Source: Bugula neritina (lineage: Eukaryota > Animalia > Bryozoa). Taken from it: a DNA stretch of 64,000 nt. Each line of letters starts with the position of its first letter. Position 1 is the first letter of the stretch. Location of the stretch: the NCBI GenBank assembly GCA_964035545.1, contig OZ037773.1, positions 10,631,751 to 10,695,750 of the forward strand, in the 5' to 3' direction. The notes below the pieces were generated by a model, which saw only the letters and a program-made list of their open reading frames with translations, did no database searches and had not been told where the DNA came from. Both the position numbers and the translations under genes were made by a program. Positions 56,301-64,000 of the stretch are shown here, one piece after another.

Positions 56301-58600
56301 AGAGTCACGGCTGTGTGCAGCTGTGTTCATCAGCTAGCAGCTTGTTAATGTACTGAGTAATATACTGTGTAATATACTGAGTACTATACTGTGTACTGTG
56401 TAATATACTGTGTACTATACTGTGTAATATACTGTGTACTATACTGTGTGATATACTGTGTGATATACTGTGTGATATACTGTGTGATATACTGTGTGAT
56501 ATACTGTGTGTAATATACTGAGTAATATACTGTGTGATATACTGTGTGATATACTGTGTGATATACTGTGTGATATACTGTGTGATATACTGTGTGATAT
56601 ACTGTGTGATATACTATATACTGTGTGATATACTGAGTACTATACTGTGTACTGTGTAATATACTGTGTACTATACTGTGTAATATACTGTGTAATATAC
56701 TGTATACTATATGCTGTGTGATATACTGTATACTATATACTGTGTACTGAGTATTATACTGAGTACTATACTCACACTGAGTGGTGGGGGAAGCAGCCGA
56801 CTCCAATTTAGAAAGCCTCTGTAACACCTGCTCCAATTTGCCATTGAGTGAGTCGATTTCTTTTTGTTGCAGCGTTACCGTGGCAACTAGTTGACTGTAC
56901 ATGTCAGGGTTATGGTTGCCTTCACGGTTGTCCCCTGAATAACATATCAACAACTACTACACTACTACTACTAGTAGTACTACTACCAATAGTACTAGTA
57001 CTACTACTTAAAGACTATAGAGAGTCTAATATTAAAGCAGACAGAAAGTGGTGACATATGATACAGAGATGAAGGTAGACAAAGAATGAAAGCTGGTAAC
57101 ATGTCCTACAAGTCTGCCATCACCCTGTAAACAAGCCTGTCTTGTAGAAACAGGCTCAGATTTTACTAACGCAGCAAACTTGCCATCACCCTTTAAAAAG
57201 TTGCTTTATCATAATTTATGAGACAGCATTAGACTGACAGCAACAAAACAGATGACTTGAAACTGAGTAAAACTAAACAGTAAATTTTCAGTATGCAACT
57301 TGTAGTCACAATGAAAGCTGAAACACTGTTATACAATAAACAGTCGTGGAGTAACCCCAATCTAGAGGCAGACCCAACTTCTATCAAACAAGTGTCCACG
57401 AGTTGCCAGCCAACTGAGCAAGTTCGTTGTACTGCGACCAAAATTGTTGACTAAAAATTATAAAATTTTATAAACTACATCTTTTCAAAAATCTAACAAC
57501 TTTCTGAAACTCTGCAGCATACAACAGCCTAAGCAGAAATGCTAGTGATGAGACCCAATCACCTGCTAAATAATTGGTTCACCAGTTGAAGCTTGCTTTA
57601 AATTCAATAATTTCAATAAAACAAATTTCAAAATTGAACAATCTGGATATTTTTATTCAAAAAATGAAAATATGTAGTCAGTTAGTGATTGTTAGGCCAA
57701 CTCAACTGAAAGACACTAGTGTCGATGTTATAGCCAAGGTAATGTAGCATTCACAATTCAAATTCAAATATTGATTTGAAAGGGAAAGTGCTTGAAACAA
57801 ATATATATTCATGTTGGGAAGAGTTTATTACCCCTATAAGCATGAGTATAAGTATAAGCATGGTGATTGCTTTAAGTAAAGTGCCATGTTTAGAATGAAC
57901 AATTACATGAAGCAGTTCTATGCACCTAACTTTTAGAGCTAGCACTTAATACTTATTCTTGACCTATTTTGATTCTCATTCTGAAAATGATGATAAAATG
58001 GCTAACTCTAAGCTTTTGCCAAAAAGCACAAATTTTAAATTCAATATGAATATGAATTATGAATATGTTACTGTCAATATCAAACTTAGAGTAATTATAA
58101 GACTGTAAATGGAATAGTATGAGTGATAGTACGACTATTTCTAAATAACTTTGAGAATTCAATAAATATAATCATAATAATAATAAGTTTGTAGTTATAT
58201 TTAAATTTTGCTTTCAAATTCTATTAGTAGTAGTAGTACTAGTAGTAATGGAAATTCCGGTAGCAGTACAAGTACAAGTATAAGACTAATTATAAGTTAA
58301 AGTACAACTCTCTACGACTACTCATTTCAGCATCAAAATAACTAAGAATATTTATGCGAATATAAAAATAAACTATTAAATATGTTGACAGTTGATAATA
58401 TAATTATAAATATTATGAATATGATTATGATGATATTCATATTGATATACTTAATCTTATAGTGATGTTTACACCAGTAAATCAGTATGAATTTGCTTAC
58501 CATTTCCTAAAGCTAGCTCGACGACACCACCATTTTCTTGAGACCCTGAAAGTGAAGGAGCTTGAGTTTTAATTTGAGAGCCTTCGGCTTCTTCTGCCAT
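47364..58600 (-). CDS. EML: Echinoderm microtubule-associated protein-like (EML1-4 type: coiled coil + HELP + WD40/TAPE); 13 exons: 58600-58501, 56934-56776, 55890-55692, 55455-55095, 55011-54757, 50809-50675, 50468-50369, 49973-49395, 49230-49147, 49049-48919, 47959-47896, 47783-47653, 47492-47364
   Basis: Trimerisation coil (VTLQQKEIDSLNGKLEQVLQRLSKLE), HELP motif LKLDWAYGYRGKDCRNNL, WD repeats (HTDDVKSIAVHPD, VTGDSNGNILIW, GHYGELWGL, GHTSFVTHIDWS..YLRSNSGDYELLYW, GIWPAGADGTDIN, ADDFGKVNL, GHSSHVTSVKF). The first exon is less certain. Confidence 0.93.
50813..54730. repeat. 22-bp minisatellite (caagtatagagtagtatatata) split by the TIR element: 50813-50940 and 53937-54730
   Basis: Identical unit on both sides of the insertion. 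Confidence 0.93.
50941..53936. mobile_element. ~3.0-kb non-autonomous TIR DNA element inserted in a (TA)4 tract of an intronic 22-bp minisatellite
   Basis: Imperfect ~30-bp TIRs: TGTGACCAGTCGCGACAAAACCGGGGATGT vs revcomp TGTGACCTGGCACCACAAAACAAGGGATGT. The same 22-bp array resumes on both sides with one extra TA. Confidence 0.8.
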
Positions 58601-59165
58601 TTTCAATTAATTTCTCGTCAGCTAAAGCAGTAAGGATAATAACTAAAATCAGGCAAGATGTCTTCTCTAAATCTACAATTATGTTCCTTTCAACATGCAC
58701 GCCGCTGTCAATTGTTTATGCAAAAAGTTAATTGCCGCAATTTGGGTCAACTTAGAACACAAAACGCGTGCAAATAGATGGTTAGTGAGTTGACGGAAAC
58801 AACCGTATTAAAAAGCAGATAACTCTATAAGCAAGTAGTGAAGGATAAATGCTCGGTGAGTTGCCGGCTTTTAGCGATTACTAAATATAAACTGCACGCT
58901 TATTTTATCTTGAATAAACTTTGGCAAGAAATAACGTGCAACTTACGCCAGCGAGCTTCTGCTTAGAATTCGAGTTGTCTTTCATGAATATTCAAGGCGT
59001 AACCAAAGATTTGAGAAATAAACCGGTTTTTCTACGGGCGTCCTCAATATTTCGTACAGGTCTGTGGAATGTCACAAGCTTCGTGTCAGCGAACGGTGTT
59101 TTTGCATGACTCAAAAAGTGACTAGTAGCGTTAAAATCTGAATTTTAGTTAGTAAGTTTTTGGCA
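58601..59165. promoter_or_regulatory. Bidirectional promoter region EML / ATP5F1D
   Basis: Divergent start codons ~565 bp apart; locally CpG-richer and repeat-free. Confidence 0.55.
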
Positions 59166-60311
59166 ATGGCATTTCAAAGAACAATATCTAGTGTTTCCAG
59201 ATTGTGTTATCGCAGTAGTTGGGCAACACTTGGCAAGCGAGGGTATGCTGATGCTTCAGGAGAAATGGCTTTCACATTTGCAACACCATCAGAGTGTTTT
59301 TATTCTAATGCTAAAGTAAAACAGGTGAGACTAACTCAAGTCATTCGACTCGGTAGTCATTCCCTCTCCTTTGGGTTTACACTTGCAGTTCAAGTTGCTT
59401 TAGTTTTCAAGTTTATTATTATAGGCTTGTCTCTCAGGTCAGGACAGTGACCTTTAATTTCACTCTCATATTTAGTTCTATACTAAAATTATATATAAAA
59501 TTAAGGTGTAGCCACTCATAGTCATAGTGATAGTCATTATCAATATAAATCTCATTATGATTATGGTTCAGATTGTTATTTATAATTTAAGCTATTATTA
59601 TAATTATTTATCTTAGGCTTGTATATTATTAATAATATTGAATCAATAATTGTAATAATGTTAATTTAGCCTAGCCCTGTGACCTGTTCTATTGACTATT
59701 ATTATTAGTATCAGTATAATTATAATATGGTGCTAAAGCACTTGTCACTTGGGCTTGCGACTTGAGATCAAGTTCAGCTCAAGTACGTTTTAGTTTGGTG
59801 TAATAAAATTGTGGTTGTCTACTTAGGTTGATGTACCTGCACTGTCTGGTGACTTTGGTATCTTAGCTCAACATGTACCTACACTGGCGGTGTTGAAGCC
59901 TGGCGTGCTGTCTGTACATGAAGAAGACTCAACTACCAATAAATACTTTGTCAGCAGTGGTAGTGTCACGGTTAACAGTGACTCCAGTGTGCAGATATTA
60001 GCAGAGGAAGCTCAGCCATTAGACAGGTTATAGTAACACACCCCTATAGTGTCTAACATTTGGCACTGTAGTCTAATGTTAGGTGCTATAATCTAATATT
60101 AAACACTATCTTTGAATTTTAAACAGCTGTATCTACTGCAATATAGTCTAATCTCCATTGTACTGAATCTTATAGACTAGATGCTGCAGCTATAAGGGAC
60201 GGACTAGCTAAAGCCCAACAGGAAATGAACTCTGCTAGCAGTGAGAAGGCCAAGGCCGAAGCACAGATTGCTGTGGAATGTTACGAAGCCATGCAGAAAG
60301 CCCTTGGATAA
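59166..60311 (+). CDS. ATP5F1D: Mitochondrial ATP synthase F1 delta subunit; exons 59166-59324, 59827-60026, 60176-60311
   Basis: Presequence ending KRGYA; MAFTFATP..FY...VKQVDVP..SGDFGILAQHVPTLAVLKPG..KYFVSSGSVTVN.DSSVQILAEEA..LD...AEAQIAVE. Confidence 0.97.
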
Positions 60312-60893
60312 TATCTTTTTCGTGACTTCCTTGAGATTGATTAGTCAGACTTAGTCTGAGCTGCAGTTGAATATATTGTGTTCTGTTCTTGATATGCCGT
60401 GTCTCCTGTTTATATACAAATAAACTTTTCATTTGTCTCAACTCTTAAGTAGTAATAATGATATGATATAACAACACCCTGGAGGTTTATAACTCTGGCA
60501 GGAAGCATTAGTGTTTTATTTTAGGTTAAATTTAAAATTTTGTTGAAAGAAATTTGAAAGAGATTAAATAAAATAATTAATTCCACATGCTTAGTTTATG
60601 ACATTTCCGGAGCCATTTGCTTCTTCTGTAGCTGTTGTAAATAGAATTACTAGAATTTTTATTTTAGCAAAAAACCAGAAGAACTGCTTAATGTAATTAT
60701 CAAAAATTTAGTTTTCATGGCCTAATATCAAATTCAACAAAAAGTGGTGATTTACCAAATTTCAGTAATTACTCCGGACAAGCAGTTGCTATATGAACCA
60801 TGCGTTTAGGGATCTACTATATTCGAGATTTTTGAGAAAGCACTTCGGAGTTATCATTCCTGTAAAAATCGTTCCTTTACTCTGTTTCCGGTT

Positions 60894-60906
60894 GTTGCTT
60901 AGTAAC
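60894..60906 (+). promoter_or_regulatory. RFX X-box upstream of a ciliary gene
   Basis: GTTGCT-T-AGTAAC fits the X-box consensus (GTHNYY N0-3 RRNAAC), ~110 bp before the RSPH9 ATG. Confidence 0.65.
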
Positions 60907-61013
60907 AATAAAGCAAATGCATCGATAAAAGCGTTTGTTATTCATTTAATGTCAAGACTGTACTAGCTCTGTTCAGTTTATCAACTACTGAATTCTAAAA
61001 CCTAACAAATAAA

Positions 61014-62659
61014 ATGGATTCCGAAGACCTTCATCTTATGATCGATTACGTTGGCACTAGCGGAATTATTCTAAATCCAGAACAAAAGTCTGCTTTGTTA
61101 ACATCTCTTACCATCATCAAAAGTAACTACAAATTTCAAAAGGTAGTATTTTGGGGTAAAGTTGCAGGAATCAAAGATGATTATTATATTGCGCAAGGCT
61201 ATGGCAAAGACTTTTTTGGAGATAAGAAAACACTTTACAGGTAAATAATTTGCTAAATCAACAAAGTTCTCCAAAGAGCTACTGAACCTTTACAATTTTG
61301 AGATCTTAGTTTTTGTTTAGTGATATTCCTTGTTGACAATCATAATAGTTTACATTATAATAAATATTATTACTTTAACAAATTATTAGCGAGACGTTGA
61401 AATTTAAGTCTTTATGCTGAATATCATTGTTTTTCTATACTTGAAGTATAACTTTTTGAACTCTTTCAACATTTTGAAACCAACTATATTGTAGTTTTTA
61501 AAAATAAATGTTTGATATCAATACTAATAGTGATTAATTGTTACTTACAGCTAAGATAGCAAGTTAGATATTAGCTGATTTGTTATTTATTGAGTTGAAA
61601 ATTACCAAGTAAGTTGTATATCATAAATTAAATTGGATTAGAAACAGCTGTTTGCTAAACTTTCAGTAAAGACTGCATAACATGGGCACTGCTGCCTCCT
61701 GCAACTGAGGCTATGAGGAAACAAGCTAAATTAGCTAAGGGGCGTTTCTTGGGTGACCCATCTTATGAATACGAACATGTTGAAATAAAGAAGATTTATG
61801 GTGAAGGAGATGAAGTGCAGGAAGAAGAGGAAACGGTAAGACTAAGTTCATGTCTAATAACCAGTATATTTCAATACTCATTCAACTGTTCTCTGCTTGA
61901 CTAACATACTGTATACTGTTGGACAGATAATGATAAAAGAAGAAGACAGACTGACGTCTGTTATTGCCGAAATTGATGAAGATGTTTGTATTGTGCCAAG
62001 AGGATCCTACCAGAAGTGGCCAACTGGAGAAGTAGTTGCTAACAGGTCGTTTGAAGGCCTCACGGTGTCTGGTATGACCTTATTCATTAAATCATCAATT
62101 GTAAAGGAAAGGTATTAAAATGAAACTTGCAATAAAGATGCATGTCATTGTTTTATCAAATGCATGGCAGTATGTGGGTATTTAATAAGACAGCAGGGCA
62201 AGTGGAGATGAATCTTATATGATATATCACAGTAAGATTGCACAAACTTTACATTGTAGAGGCAGCTAAACTCTCCTCATATATGCACTTCAGAGAAGCA
62301 ATGAAACTTCACAAGAAAACTTTGCTCGAAAAAGCAGACCTTGATAAAGCGATAGACTTTATGGATGTGATTGAAGAAGATGTTCCTAAAGGTAAGACAA
62401 ATCTAGCATAAGTGAATTATTCAATCTCATTCCATCTAAATATATTGACTCAAGCACTAATACGAGACAGATTATACAACTCATGTCTATGTGTATAGGA
62501 TCTTGGAGCATGCAGTTTGAAAGGGGGAGTGGCCTCGTTTCACTAAGATCTCTGCTATGGCAAGGCTATGTGTTCTTCCATGTGCCTGGCACTAGGAAGT
62601 TCGGTTCTGTATATTTTGGAAATGGAGAAAAGAATATGGACTTGTGTTTCATGCTGTAA
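61014..62659 (+). CDS. RSPH9: Radial spoke head protein 9; exons 61014-61240, 61667-61835, 61927-62071, 62260-62391, 62499-62659
   Basis: LNPEQKSALLTSL..Y.F.KV.FWGKV.GIKDDYYIAQG; GRFLGDPSYEYE; IKEEDRL..VI.EID....IVPRG; NRSFEGL; LLEKADLD.AIDFMD...D.PKGSWS; LRSLLW.G..F.H.P.T..FG.VYFG.GEKN.DL.FML*. Confidence 0.97.
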
Positions 62660-63132
62660 CTAGATAGAATGCTGAGTAAGATGGAAATAGCTCGGAATAC
62701 TGCAGCAAATGGGAAGACAACTTGAATTGTTAATTACATATAGTGTATTATATGAATAGAAGTTACTTTAGTCTATTCACACTAACTGAGCCTCTGTGAA
62801 TATTTATCAACGCATTGCATTTCAAATATCTACCTACTCTTACAAGTATAATTATGCAATTGCTTTTTGTGTTTATATAAATAAATTAAACTATTTGTAA
62901 CAGTGAAATATTTCTGCTTTATAAAGAAGGCATTCACAGAGCCATATAATGTTGAACTATTTACATAAAGGTTGAACATATTTATTGGGCTATTCTGAAG
63001 TGAGATGACAAAATAAATACATTTCCCCAACTCCCCACATGCTAGGGACACCCAACAGATATGACTCAATATGAAGAGCATAGAAGTGCTTGTTGGGTAG
63101 AAATATAGACATTAGATAAGAAGTTGTCTCCC

Positions 63133-63673
63133 TTAGAGAATAATACAACAGGTTACCACTTTCTTCTTCTTCTTTCTCACCACCCGGCCTGAAAACAGTA
63201 CTCACAGTGAGTGAATGATGAAACAATACTCACAGTGAGTGAATGAGAAGAGAAACAGTACTCACAGTGAGTAAATGAGAGGAGAAACAGTACTCACAGT
63301 GAGTGAATGATGAAACAGTACTCTCAGTGGGTGAATGATGAAACAATACTCTCAGTGAGTGAATGAGAGGAAAAACAATACTCACAGTGAGTGAATGAGA
63401 GGAGAAACAGTACTCTCAGTGAGTGAATGATGAAACAGTACTCTCAGTGAGTGAATGAGAGGAGAAACAGTACTCTCAGTGAGTGAATGAGAGGAAAAAG
63501 ATAGGGTATTGTTGAGAAAACAGGAGGACAAACAGAGATGGCAGCAAGACTTATAGAGAAACAAAACCAATAAGAATCAACTCATAGTATTGTATAGATC
63601 TACCTTCCATAATATCATTAATTCTGGACTCTACAGCCTCCTGGTGAGGAGATTTGTCGGGTAGAGAACTGTT
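63133..63673 (-). CDS. Last two exons (63673-63604, 63188-63133) of a gene continuing beyond the window; C-terminal polybasic + CaaX
   Basis: In-phase splice gives NSSLPDKSPHQEAVESRINDIMEGRVVRKKKKKVVTCCIIL*. Confidence 0.7.
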
Positions 63674-63690
63674 CTAAAATATACCAGAGT

Positions 63691-64000
63691 TAGTATATGT
63701 TCTATAGTATACAGTATATTGTATAGTATATGTTCTATAGTATACAGTATATTGTATAGTATATGTTCTATAGTATACAGTATATTGTATAGTATATGTT
63801 CTATAGTATACAGTATATTGTATAGTATATGTTCTATAGTATACAGTATATTGTATAGTATATGTTCTATAGTATACAGTATATTGTATAGTATATGTTC
63901 TATAGTATACAGTATATTGTATAGTATATGTTCTATAGTATGCAGTATATTGTATAGTATATGTTCTATAGTATACAGTATATTGTATAGTATATGTTCT
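63691..64000. repeat. 33-bp array to the window end
   Basis: tagtatatgttctatagtatacagtatattgta; the minus unit contains TATAG|AACA, resembling the adjacent acceptor TTTTAG|AACA. Confidence 0.92.

Overview
Gene-dense, AT-rich eukaryotic (metazoan, probably invertebrate) genomic DNA, not prokaryotic. Most long ORFs in the supplied track are artefacts of tandem repeats. Splicing by hand on GT-AG sites with phase continuity gives eight complete genes: a divergent Smad2/3-class R-Smad (-), a secreted Reeler + chitin-binding-like protein (-), PAF1 (-), ESF1 (+), an 8-exon orphan with CDK/Polo-motif repeats (+), an EML/EMAP protein (-), ATP synthase delta (+) and RSPH9 (+). The 3' end of a ninth gene encoding a polybasic-CaaX protein (-) closes the window. 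A very young full-length Ty3/Gypsy element (23546-30861, ATAT TSD, tRNA-Leu PBS, UUUAAAC -1 frameshift with a possible 3-stem pseudoknot) lies just upstream of the PAF1 ATG. A 3-kb TIR element splits a minisatellite in an EML intron. Two unexplained patterns stand out. (1) Most internal introns of the five longer multi-intron genes and the Reeler gene are filled by intron-specific tandem repeats, and in many the unit copies that intron's own splice junction, producing arrays of decoy donors, acceptors and branch/pyrimidine modules. (2) Degenerate 6-bp-periodic TWA-SWS tracts sit near gene 5' ends. Exon structures are predictions without RNA evidence.
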